This document shows, in pieces, positions 12,195-22,880 of a stretch of 64,000 nucleotides of DNA. Source of the DNA: Eutreptiella sp. 'Long Island Sound 2002' (Eukaryota; Protista; Euglenida); the NCBI GenBank assembly GCA_964036045.1, contig OZ038379.1, positions 12,524,001 through 12,588,000 on the forward strand, given 5' to 3'. Made by a program: the position numbers and the translations under genes. The notes below the pieces were generated by a model that saw only the letters and a program-made list of their open reading frames with translations, did no database searches and had not been told where the DNA came from. How positions within the stretch are numbered: position 1 is the first letter of the stretch; each line of letters begins with the position of its first letter.

Positions 12195-14819
12195 CTTGCT
12201 TAACGCACAGGAAATCGGCATGCAAGAAAAGCGGCTTGATTTGAAGATGGTCCTGCACGTTGAGGACAATCGTCCTGAAAAGGGGCTCAAAAACGGCTCA
12301 TTTTTACCTCAAAATGGACCACCACATCGCACCACGGTGTGGGAGACGCCTTATTGAACACCCATTTGCAATCATTTAATAGTCCAATCGCTATGGAAGA
12401 AGAACGGCCCTCATTGTAGACGCCTACATGACGCACCGGATCGCCCTGAACTTTCAGGACGATCATCCTGAAAACGACCTAAAAATGGCCATTTTTGGAC
12501 ACTAATCGGCCGTAAAACAGGCTAGAAAGCCTGAAATAGCACAAAATTTGTTGCGGGTGATGCACATTTGCTCCGCGGTCGTTTTAAGCTTCTTGCATGT
12601 TGGTTTTGAGCCACGGTGTCCCTGAAAAGATTTTTTAATCATCTGCTTGCTGCTATTGCTGTTGCTTGCTGCTGCTGCTGCTGGTGCTGCTGCTAAAAAG
12701 TGTTGCTCACCCTGGGCCCTAAGAAGGGTTGTAAAACCTCGCCGGGGTAAACTCGGTGATCAAGGTCATGATATTAGGTCCCCAAGGCAACACTCATTTT
12801 TGCAACAAATCAACTTTAGAACTGGTGCGTTCTAGACTATTGCAAATGTAGGCATATAGCTAGTTTTTGAAATTGCTTCAGATTTAGCATCTCCAAGGTA
12901 CCATCATCATCCATCATCCCACCCCAAATCTGGGTCATGGGTCTGGATTCTCAAGGCAACACTCACTTTGACACCAAACTAGCTGTCAAAATAGCTTCAA
13001 TGGGTCTTGTTACAAACAGTCTCTTACAAGTGGGTTTTCGAACTCAATGGTGAGCATCTCTTGTGTCGGGATCATCCATCATCTTCTTCATCCATCATCA
13101 AATCCCCAATCAGGGTCTTCAAAGCATGTTATGTTGTGTGTAAGGGTGTACTAGTCAAGTTGGAATATCCTTTTGGTGAATTACCCCTGTGGCACTCCAC
13201 ACTCTTTCTGAATAACCTCTGTAACACATGTTTTTTGCCAACGCCAATCAGGCAAGGTATCCTGAAAGCTAGTCATCTATACAATCACTAGTAGGAAATC
13301 AACTCACAGTTGGCCAAACTTCTACCGCCGTCTTGGTTGCCATTGTACCTGCAAGCAATGAGTGCTTAGCTGGGCAGTCGTATCCGATACTGTTCTCCAC
13401 CTAGCATGTGCATAGACACATAATTGCATATCCAAAGAGCGCAAGGCACAACTACAAGGGACAAACCTGCAAAAGTTCACCGCTTGGCCCTACGAGCCTA
13501 TTTTCTATACCCCCCCCCCTTTATTCAGACAGGCTTGGAGCCCCCCTCCGGAGTTGCAATCGACCGCCAACCCAGCCATCTGGCAACAAAGTGGTCAAAC
13601 TCGGGCTTCTAGGGTGCGCTAGTTACACACCGGGTGGCCCAATGGGCCCTTTGTGCCGCCAAGAGGACAGCCCTTGGGGTTGTGTTCAAGCTGTGCACTA
13701 TGGGGAAGTGCATCCAACGGCCCGATTTCCCTTGAATCCTCCACTCGCCAAAGCACACTACCATAAAACAATGCACACGTGCATAAAAGGCGCAATTGTG
13801 TAGTGCATGGAGAATGTTTCTGATGGCAATTGTGTAGTGCATGGAAGAACAGTGGCGATGTGGGTGAGGTGGATCCGGAATTAGTAGGACAAGGCCTTGG
13901 TGAGGTGAGGGGGGGGTCCTGTGGCCCGGTCGTTGAGAAACCGCTTGATCACCGGGGATTTGAAGCACAATTATATACCTTCCCCCCCTCCCCCCCGTGT
14001 CCATCCCCCCCCCCCCCCCTGTGTCCACCCCCCCCGGGGGGGGGGGACCGTCACCGGCTGGTTCCAAAAAAAAACGCAACAGTGTCACACTGCACAGGAT
14101 CGGATAATCACGAGAGCTCATTGTTAGAGCTTATGCGTACCTCCTTTGTGCTAACCCATTGCACTCCTGAGACCTCTCAACATGTTCCCTGAAGGCACTA
14201 TTGTGCGCTATGTTCGTTTCACAAAGAAGCCTGTGCTGGCTGTTGTGCAAGGCCCTTCTCCTCATGGTGATTAGTACAGAACCATAACGTACAAACGCGG
14301 TGCCACAGAAGTTGTGCATGACCGCGCATTTGACAGCCTGCTGCAGCCTGTTCATCCATCCTTGTGGTTGATGGGCAGCATGTGCAGCTGTTCAAGACTA
14401 TGTGGGACTGCAAAAAGAAGTTTTACACTGTCCCTGTTCAGCAGTAGGGGCATGCAGCAAACTGATGGACTGATGCATTGTATTGAGAAATTTGCTTGTT
14501 TGCATCATTTGCATGGCACCATTCGAGGTCTGTATGTCAGTGTGTATTTCAGAGCCTTGGGCGACGTACAGCAAGCAACAGATTGGTCATAAATTCTGCG
14601 TAGTATGCGGCGGTAATTTGTTCGTTGGCGATGGTGTCTATCCCCCCCGGGGGGGGGGGGGGGGTTACTTGGCAACGGTTCCCCCCGGGGTGGGGGGGGG
14701 GGGATGGACAGGGGGTGGGGGAGGTACAATGGTTAACCTCCAATCGTGGGGTTGATGACAGCAAAGGACGGGGTGTGCAAGAGGTGCTTTCTGCGTCACA
14801 GGGTGATGGGGTGGTTACG

Positions 14820-15305
14820 TCGGGCAAGGTGAGAGTCAAACCGAAGAACACCCAGAAATGCCCCTTTATACTAAACTGCTCCCGTTTGAACGATTCGGAT
14901 GGAAGAAAACCCATGGGTTTCCGCCTCCCACAGATTGAACACCTGAGGGAGGCGGCAAACTTGGATATCTCCAATTGTTTTTGGAGTATTCGTCGTCCAT
15001 GGGATTGGGGAGGGGGTGTTTTCTGTGACTATGGATGGTCAGAGGTTTATTGAAAGTCCCTCCCCTTTGGTTGGAAATACGGTCCTGTGGTTTGCCAAAA
15101 GTTGGTATTCGGTTTGAGTGATGGGGCTCTTTGGGACATTCCTGTCCTTTACTTCGTATATATGGATGATATATGTTTGGTGGACCCCAGGCGTTTTTTG
15201 AAGCCGGCTGTGCGTAAACTCCGTAGAAGGGATCTTGTTTCCCGGTTAGCCCCAAATGTGTCTTGGAACCCTCTTCCTCCCCGGGCAACAGACAGGGGTT
15301 GTTGA
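14820..15305 (+). pseudogene. Decayed reverse transcriptase (DIRS/LTR-type) fragment
   Basis: One frame reads SGKVRVKPKN.QKCPFILNCSRLN, LDISNCFWSI (14961-14990), Y*KSLPFGWKYGPVVCQK (in-frame TGA at 15051-15053) and YMDD (15159-15170), i.e. the RT core motifs in the correct order. Confidence 0.8.
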
Positions 15306-15589
15306 CTGGCCTTTTGATTTTGTGGTTCCACTTGGTGCTGGGAAACCTCTCTAGAAAGGGCATGGAACGCTTGGTAGGTTGGAGCGGGCATTGAGACCTT
15401 CTGCAGGGGAGGGTGCGTTCCAAGCGGGAGGTATCAATGGAAGCATTCCGATAGCCCCTGGGTGAACGGAGGTGTGATTCGTCCCATCTTGATTGTTGTG
15501 TGTTTTGCCTTTATTCCACAGTGCTTCCGTAATTGCCCCAAGGTCCAGTTGCTGCCTCCAGACAGCCCTTAAGGTCAGCCCCCAGGCAC

Positions 15590-15740
15590 CGCCAACTGCC
15601 AACCGCCAGCCGCCAACCGCCACCTACCACCAATCACCCACCGCTTTCAACAGCCACCAACCACCAATCACCCACCACCAACCACTGCCAACTGCCACCA
15701 ACCGCCAACCGCTACCAACCGCCACCAACCACCAACTGCC
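15590..15740. repeat. Degenerate AACCGCC/AACCACC low-complexity repeat; similar patch at 16915-16960
   Basis: Directly visible. Confidence 0.8.
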
Positions 15741-15956
15741 AATAGTTTGGGAGTCGACGCGGTGCATCGACGAACACCTTATAATCCCACCATGCTGAAG
15801 AAAAAACAAAAAATCTGGCTTCTTGAGGACAGCCCCAACACACAAGGTGTTTCTGAAATATAATTCAGCCTGCCGAGAAAGCGGCCATGATTGTAAATAT
15901 GCCCTATTTTAATGGCCAGTGTGCGTTGAGGGCGAGAGAATTTCGAATCCTGTCTC

Positions 15957-16860
15957 GCTCTTGCGTGCGTTTCGGTCGCCCACCTAGGTAGCTTGGGTAA
16001 CCGCCCACCCCATTTTTTGTTTGCAGCATGACGACCTCTCAACCTGGCTGAGCCCGTCTTGCATAGGTTGGCTGACTCAGGGCCCCTTGACTCTGCCAGT
16101 TTGCCTGTTTTGGGAGCTTCTGAGGCCATGTCGCCTGAAATAGCCACACGCAGTGTTGGTCTAGCGGGCTCAGTTTCAGTCCCCGAGGACCTTTAGGACA
16201 TCTGGGGAGACCCAGATTTTATTCGGGCGGGCACAACGGCCCCTGTGGAGCCAGTGGAGCCAGTGCCCGAAGGCGAAAATCATGTTAGACAAACTGTGTG
16301 AGTATGGGCCACCGCAGGAGGTATGCGGTCCTGTGGTTTGCCAAAAGTTGGTATTTGGTTTGAGTGATGGGGCTCTTTGGGACATTCCTGTCCTTTACTT
16401 CGTATATATGGATGATATATGTTTGGTCTGCCCCAGGCGTTTTTTGAAGCGGGCTGTGCGTAAGCTCCGTAGAAGGGATCTTGTTTCCCTTGGAGGGCCT
16501 GCGGTGGCCCATACTCACACAGTTTGTCTAACATGATTTTCGCCTTCGGGCACTGGCTCCACAGGCTCCACAGGGGCCGTTGTGCCCGCCCGAATAAAAT
16601 CTGGGTCTGCCCAGATGTCCCAAAGGTCCTCGGGGACTGAAACTGAGCCCGCTAGACCAACACTGCGTGTGGCTATTTCAGGCGACATGGCCTCAGAAGC
16701 TCCCAAAACCAGGCGAACTGGCAGAGTCAAGGGGCCCTGAGTCAGCCAACCTATGCAAGACGGGCTCAGCCAGGTTGAGAGGTCGTCGTACTGCAAACAA
16801 AAAATGGGGTGGGCGGTTACCCAAGCTACCTAGGTGGGCGACCGAAACGCACGCAAGAGC
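15957..16860. mobile_element. Foldback-like element: ~362-bp inverted arms (15957-16318 and 16498-16860) around a 179-bp spacer
   Basis: The arms are reverse complements with few mismatches; ORFs 16280- and 16282+ share identical starts and ends. Spacer 16326-16490 matches 15080-15243 and contains YMDD (16405-16416). No TSD found. Confidence 0.85.
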
Positions 16861-17304
16861 CAGGACTGCGGTGTCGTACCTTGTGGTGATGCACCAAGAC
16901 ATAAAGACCAGCATGTCAACCGCCAACCGCTATCAACCACCAACCGCCAACCGCCAACCTTTGAAGTAGGGAAGGTCCCATGACAACGAAGCAGAGAGCG
17001 TCTCCTTGGGCGTTCGTTTCTGTTGGCGTTACACAGTTTTTTTCCCCCTTAAGGACAGCCCTGCTTGACACCCACAGGCAAGTGTCAACTTTAACACCAG
17101 CCGACAGGCGTGGTGCCCATGAGGTGCCTATGCAGGGGATAGATCCAATGATGTCAGTGTACCTGGCCCCTCGTCATTGGACTAGAATCTTCGTGGGCAT
17201 AGCCTGTCATTTATTAGAAGCAACAACAAGCAGTGGTTGTGGCGGCAGCGGCGGCAGCAACAGCAGTAGTTACACGCAGTGCCCTTTACAGGATTTTTAC
17301 AAAG

Positions 17305-19356
17305 ATGCTCAAATATCGTTTGCGCCATCAGTCATGGGTAAGCCAGCCGGAGTCCCCGAAGCTCACTGTCCAACCCCAGTTCGACCCTCAGCAGTGGTGG
17401 AGATTTTGGCGGTTTCGTTCAGAAGCCATGGAGCACGACTTCCAAAAGGGGTCCCAACGGCTGGCCATCATTCTCTGCAACATCTGGTGCGTATTCAGTC
17501 TCGGAGAAACCATCTCGTGGATGGGCAACGGCCTGGCGGAGGGGGCGGTGACTCCGGCCCAGGTGATCTACCCATTCACTGTCATCCTGGTCTCGCTCGT
17601 GCTGAACAATCTAGTGCCCATTGTTCGCCGGCATCTGACAAGTTTCATCAGCCTCGAATGTGTGCTCATGATGGCCTTCGTCTGCTACGTCACACACAAC
17701 CGGGCCGTAAATCTGCACCTGGAGCTAACAGAGGCCCACAAAGCTCAGCTGGGCCCGTTGTTGGAGTGGGTTGAAATGTCCATTGAATATCGACAGAGGT
17801 ATGCGGTCCTCTACGGGTACACTCTCACGTTCCCCATGCTCCTTATGCTGACGTTCATTGGCTTCACCAAAAGCACAGTGCTTGCGATGTTGAGCATCCC
17901 GCTGTCGTTCGGCCTCACCATCAGTGTCTCTCCTGCACTGACCAAATCGCGAATGGTGTGGCTGATGCCCATGCTGATGATCACCCCGTATTGCATTCTG
18001 TTGATGATCAAGATCGCCCACACGCACCGTCAAGTATACGCCGGTGGCTGCAAACTCCAGCACCAGACCGAGGCCTCCATGAAGGCCGACTCAATGCTGA
18101 ACCATACGCTGAAGAACATCATGGCCAACTCCGCTGGCGAAATCGAGCAATTCCTCGACCTCCTCTCCGTCGCGTGCGACACGGCTTCTCTTCAGAGGTC
18201 TCTGGAGTGCCTGCAGAGAGGCATGCGATGGTGCAAGAACCGCCAGGCGTATTTGGACCTCGTGGCTGGGGACTACGTGTCCACGCTCGAGCCAACGGAG
18301 ATCAAGACATTCGGCCTGGAGCTGGTGGCGGGCAGGCAGCTGAGCATCGACTTCGCGGACCACTGCGTCATGCTCGACACAAGGCTGTGCGACCTGGTCC
18401 TGGACAACGCGCTCAGCAACGCCTTCCAACACGGCCGCGTCGAGGACCCCGCCGTGCGCTTTGCCATCGCCGTCTCCGACGCCCCGGACGGCGGGCCCCA
18501 GAAGGCAGTCTCCTTCCGGGTCACCAACCGCGCCCGCCCCTACCGGCCCCCACTGACGGACGACTTCGTCGCCGGGCTCCTGCAGGGCCACCGGCCGCAG
18601 CACCGCTCGTCGCCCCTGTCCGACGGGATGGGCTTCCGGCACTGCCTGACGGCCGCCCGGGCGCACGGCATCGCGGTGTCGCTGGAGCAGGAGGACGACC
18701 TGGTGACCTTCACCGCGCGGCTCCTCGCGGACGTGGCGAGCCGCACCCCCCCGCACACCCCGCGGGCGTCGGAGCGGCTGGTGGGGCACTTCCCCCGGGG
18801 CCTCAACATCTACTACATCGACGACTCCGCCGTCGCCCGGCAGCTCGTGGAGCGGAACCTGAGCACGCGGGCGCACCCCCAGACCGTCCGAACCTTCGGA
18901 GAAGTCCCGGCGGAGGCCGAGGCCTTCGTGGCCGCGGTGCTCGCCGACGGGCACATCGCCATCCTGGACCAGAACCTGGACTGGCGCGGCACGTGCCTCC
19001 AGGGGACCCGGCTCGTGCGGCAGCTGCTGGCCGCCGGCTTCAAGGGGCTGATCTGCATCCGCTCCGCGAACAACTCCGAGACGGACACGCGGGGGTACCT
19101 GCGCAGCGGCGCGCACTGCGTGCTGGGCAAGGAGCTGCCCATGAAGCAGGCCGTGGACGCGATGAAGGCGGCGTACGTGCGGCACGCGCGGGCGGCCCTG
19201 TTCCAGGCCGAGTGCCGCCGGATGGACACCACGGACATCTCGCCCGGCACCTCGGTCTGCCACGCCGAGGCCCCGAGGGGCTCGCTGGAGTCGCACAGCT
19301 CCAGCATCACGTCAGAGAACCTCCCGGGCGTCTGCAGCTCGGCGTATTGGGTGTGA
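17305..19356 (+). CDS. Membrane-bound hybrid sensor histidine kinase / response regulator (intronless)
   Basis: About 6 hydrophobic segments, H-box-like ADSMLNHTLKN, HATPase N-box LDNALSNAFQHG and G-box SDGMGF, and receiver domain IYYIDDS...AILDQN...ICIRSAN...GAHCVLGKE. First in-frame ATG at 17305; the ORF track starts at GTG 17233. Confidence 0.88.
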   Translation: MLKYRLRHQSWVSQPESPKLTVQPQFDPQQWWRFWRFRSEAMEHDFQKGSQRLAIILCNIWCVFSLGETISWMGNGLAEGAVTPAQVIYPFTVILVSLVLNNLVPIVRRHLTSFISLECVLMMAFVCYVTHNRAVNLHLELTEAHKAQLGPLLEWVEMSIEYRQRYAVLYGYTLTFPMLLMLTFIGFTKSTVLAMLSIPLSFGLTISVSPALTKSRMVWLMPMLMITPYCILLMIKIAHTHRQVYAGGCKLQHQTEASMKADSMLNHTLKNIMANSAGEIEQFLDLLSVACDTASLQRSLECLQRGMRWCKNRQAYLDLVAGDYVSTLEPTEIKTFGLELVAGRQLSIDFADHCVMLDTRLCDLVLDNALSNAFQHGRVEDPAVRFAIAVSDAPDGGPQKAVSFRVTNRARPYRPPLTDDFVAGLLQGHRPQHRSSPLSDGMGFRHCLTAARAHGIAVSLEQEDDLVTFTARLLADVASRTPPHTPRASERLVGHFPRGLNIYYIDDSAVARQLVERNLSTRAHPQTVRTFGEVPAEAEAFVAAVLADGHIAILDQNLDWRGTCLQGTRLVRQLLAAGFKGLICIRSANNSETDTRGYLRSGAHCVLGKELPMKQAVDAMKAAYVRHARAALFQAECRRMDTTDISPGTSVCHAEAPRGSLESHSSSITSENLPGVCSSAYWV

Positions 19357-20016
19357 GGGCGGCCCGGGACGCCGTGGTAGGTGCCCTGCGGTCCTGGAGG
19401 GCTCGCGGCCTCCGCACGGCGCCGGACCCGGCCCTCCGTCGGGGTGTGGGATCCGGGCATCACTGGAGATGCCCTGAGGGCGACGATGGGGGCGAGCGGT
19501 CTTGGCGAGGGGAGGAGGGTCCAGAAGAGGAGGGGGGAGGGGGGGCGTCCATGCCAGACAAAGACTCCAGCTCAGGCCTGGGGGCGGGGGTCCGCGAGCC
19601 ACCACCACCTCCTCCTCCTGCTCTGCACACACCACACCGAGTCAGCGCTGTTTCAACGCCCCCCCCTCCATTCTCCATATGATTTGGGGACATTGAAGCC
19701 AAGGCGTGCGGCCGAGTTAGGCCATGGAAGCCCCATACCGGACTTTGCAGTACTGCTGGACTAATGGCTGGGATTGTCTATGGCGGGGACATTCAGTCTA
19801 TTGGAACCGACCATTGATCCCCCATACCACACGTGGCGGCTGCGAGGGTGTGAGTGGCACACCCTGTGGGGGGAAACATACCTTTTTTCGGCATGGATGC
19901 CCCCCCCCCCCCCAACCAAACTTGAAAATGAGACACTGAAGGACAAATTCTTTGGGCCAATTTTGGCACACAAACTTTTGGTTCCCAGACCCTCCCCACC
20001 ACCACCACCAACTACC

Positions 20017-22250
20017 TCGCTCTTGCCTACCGTCCATCAGTTAGAAGCGCCGTGTGCGACAACGCTCAGTGAGGGCCCCACAGGGAAAGTGTGTGGAAAC
20101 TTCACCGCGCCGGTCGCAGACTGGGTCAGTGGTGGTTTGCGTGGCTCCAAGTTCAGCGCGGGGCGCGGGGCATCCTACGACACGGGCCACTGACTGACAA
20201 GGTCGGTCGAGCTGTGTGCCTCTCAGCTGTTGGGCATTCTCCCATCCCATCCCCCCCCCCTCCCCCCCAACAACAACAATAATCCAGTAGCTCTTGGTGG
20301 GTAGCTGTGTTAAACAGGGTCAGTGCACCAGAGGTTCCACCCGCACTTTCGCTTGGCTCACCTTAATGCGACTTTACCCCCTCACCCACAACACCCCCTG
20401 CAACCACAGGCCTGCCCGCCCCACACACCGTCCGCCCGCCCAATCTCACCATTGGTGGTGGTTTGGAGATGGAGTGGTGGCTACAGGGAAAGGGGATCCA
20501 GGCAAGGGAGCACGGGGGCTTTTTGGACTTTTCATCAATCGCATGGCTCCCCCTGGAAGGAGGGTTGTTGGGGTTCAGGGCTCGCTCTTTGCGTGGCTCA
20601 GTGTTGGTATGATCTTACCCGAATTTTGCCGAGACAGAAAGCCGTGCTGCACAACAGCCCATCTCTTGCCGGCTTGCTAGTTTTCCCGCTTGAAGCTGTG
20701 CCCAGGACGTCCCAAGGTTGGGTGCCGCGGCACTCTTTGAGCATGTCACTCTATCCTTCTTGGCCTGGTTTGGAACCACCACTCAAAGTGGGCTTTTCAC
20801 TTCGTCAGCATTGGTACGCCCTCTAGCAACCAAATGCATCCTGTCGTTCATTGGCGACGACCGGCACTTGGCTGACCTCTGCGCACAACATGCACGCAGA
20901 ATATACGCATGCATCGGTGTGGGGGGAGAACCCCCCCAAACAACAACAACATCCCCTTCACTTCAAGCACAGGCCCCCCGCCCCATCCATCCATCCGCCC
21001 GCCCACCCTGCCCACCCGGACCTCACCATTGGTGGTGGTTTGGAGGTGGACTGGTGGCTACAGGGCAACGAGATCCGGGCAAGGGAACCCTGTGGCACCG
21101 TAGAGGAGCAGCTTGCGAGATTGTGCACAGCCGTCGCTCTTGCCTACCGTCCATCAGTTAGAAGCGCCGTGTGCGACAACGCTCAGTGAGGGCCCCACAG
21201 GGAAAGTGTGTGGAAACTTCACCGCGCCGGTCGCAGACTGGGTCAGTGGTGGTTTGCGTGGCTCCAAGTTCAGCGCGGGGCGCGGGGCATCCTACGACAC
21301 GGGCCACTGACTGACAAGGTCGGTCGAGCTGTGTGCCTCTCAGCTGTTGGGCATTCTCCCATCCCATCCCCCCCCCCTCCCCCCCAACAACAACAATAAT
21401 CCAGTAGCTCTTGGTGGGTAGCTGTGTTAAACAGGGTCAGTGCACCAGAGGTTCCACCCGCACTTTCGCTTGGCTCACCTTAATGCGACTTTACCCCCTC
21501 ACCCACAACACCCCCTGCAACCACAGGCCTGCCCGCCCCACACACCGTCCGCCCGCCCAATCTCACCATTGGTGGTGGTTTGGAGATGGAGTGGTGGCTA
21601 CAGGGAAAGGGGATCCAGGCAAGGGAGCACGGGGGCTTTTTGGACTTTTCATCAATCGCATGGCTCCCCCTGGAAGGAGGGTTGTTGGGGTTCAGGGCTC
21701 GCTCTTTGCGTGGCTCAGTGTTGGTATGATCTTACCCGAATTTTGCCGAGACAGAAAGCCGTGCTGCACAACAGCCCATCTCTTGCCGGCTTGCTAGTTT
21801 TCCCGCTTGAAGCTGTGCCCAGGACGTCCCAAGGTTGGGTGCCGCGGCACTCTTCGAGCATGTCACTCTATCCTTCTTGGCCTGGTTTGGAACCACCACT
21901 CAAAGTGGGCTTTTCACTTCGTCAGCATTGGTACGCCCTCTAGCAACCAAATGCATCCTGTCGTTCATTGGCGACGACCGGCACTTGGCTGACCTCTGCG
22001 CACAACATGCACGCAGAATATACGCATGCATCGGTGTGGGGGGAGAACCCCCCCAAACAACAACAACATCCCCTTCACTTCAAGCACAGGCCCCCCGCCC
22101 CATCCATCCATCCGCCCGCCCACCCTGCCCACCCGGACCTCACCATTGGTGGTGGTTTGGAGGTGGACTGGTGGCTACAGGGCAACGAGATCCGGGCAAG
22201 GGAACCCTGTGGCACCGTAGAGGAGCAGCTTGCGAGATTGTGCACAGCCG
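20017..22250 (+). repeat. Tandem duplication of a 1117-bp unit (20017-21133 and 21134-22250)
   Basis: Identical ORF translations offset by 1117 nt. Only one substitution noticed (ctctttgagc vs ctcttcgagc). Confidence 0.95.
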
Positions 22251-22629
22251 GCGTTCTGCTCACACCTGAATCCACTCGTTTCGAGCAGATGTAGTATTTC
22301 GCCATCGTAAAGATCTCAGGGTTGGACACTGTTTTGCGCACTCGCAAACGACACGTCAACAACCCTGCGCAACCACCTGAGCAAGAAACCCCCGCAAGCC
22401 CTCAACACTCTGCGTACTGCGTGGCAAGCGCTGTCCCTCTCTGTCAGCCGCCAGCCCGCGATCCTGTGCATCCGAGTGGGGTTGGATGGTGCACGCAATG
22501 CCCCAGCCATGGGAACTGTCTGGTCCGGACTGGTCACGTGCCCAAAGACCAACGCAAGTTGACATCGAAAGCACTGACGCAACAGACGCCAAAGAATGCG
22601 GGCTTGGGCTTTGCAGGCGTCATGCGCGG

Positions 22630-22630
<1 letters not shown>

Positions 22631-22697
<67 letters not shown>
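22631..22697. repeat. (CA)n microsatellite; shorter tracts at 22847-22879 and 23068-23090
   Basis: Directly visible. Confidence 0.97.
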
Positions 22698-22699
<2 letters not shown>

Positions 22700-22845
22700 G
22701 CCCCACTCCCTCTTGTTGCATGTTGCGTGTCATCTCAACCCAGTTCCTGAAGCCCGGCGACAGTTCAACAGAACAACAGACCTCATGGTTTGGTCGCATC
22801 ATTGTTGAACCTCGCAGTTTGAGCATGATTTGAAATAATTGGGCG

Positions 22846-22880
<35 letters not shown>

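Noticed and set aside
17958-19682. 574-aa (+) and 401-aa (-) ORFs overlapping the histidine kinase
   Set aside because: Shadow frames caused by high GC.
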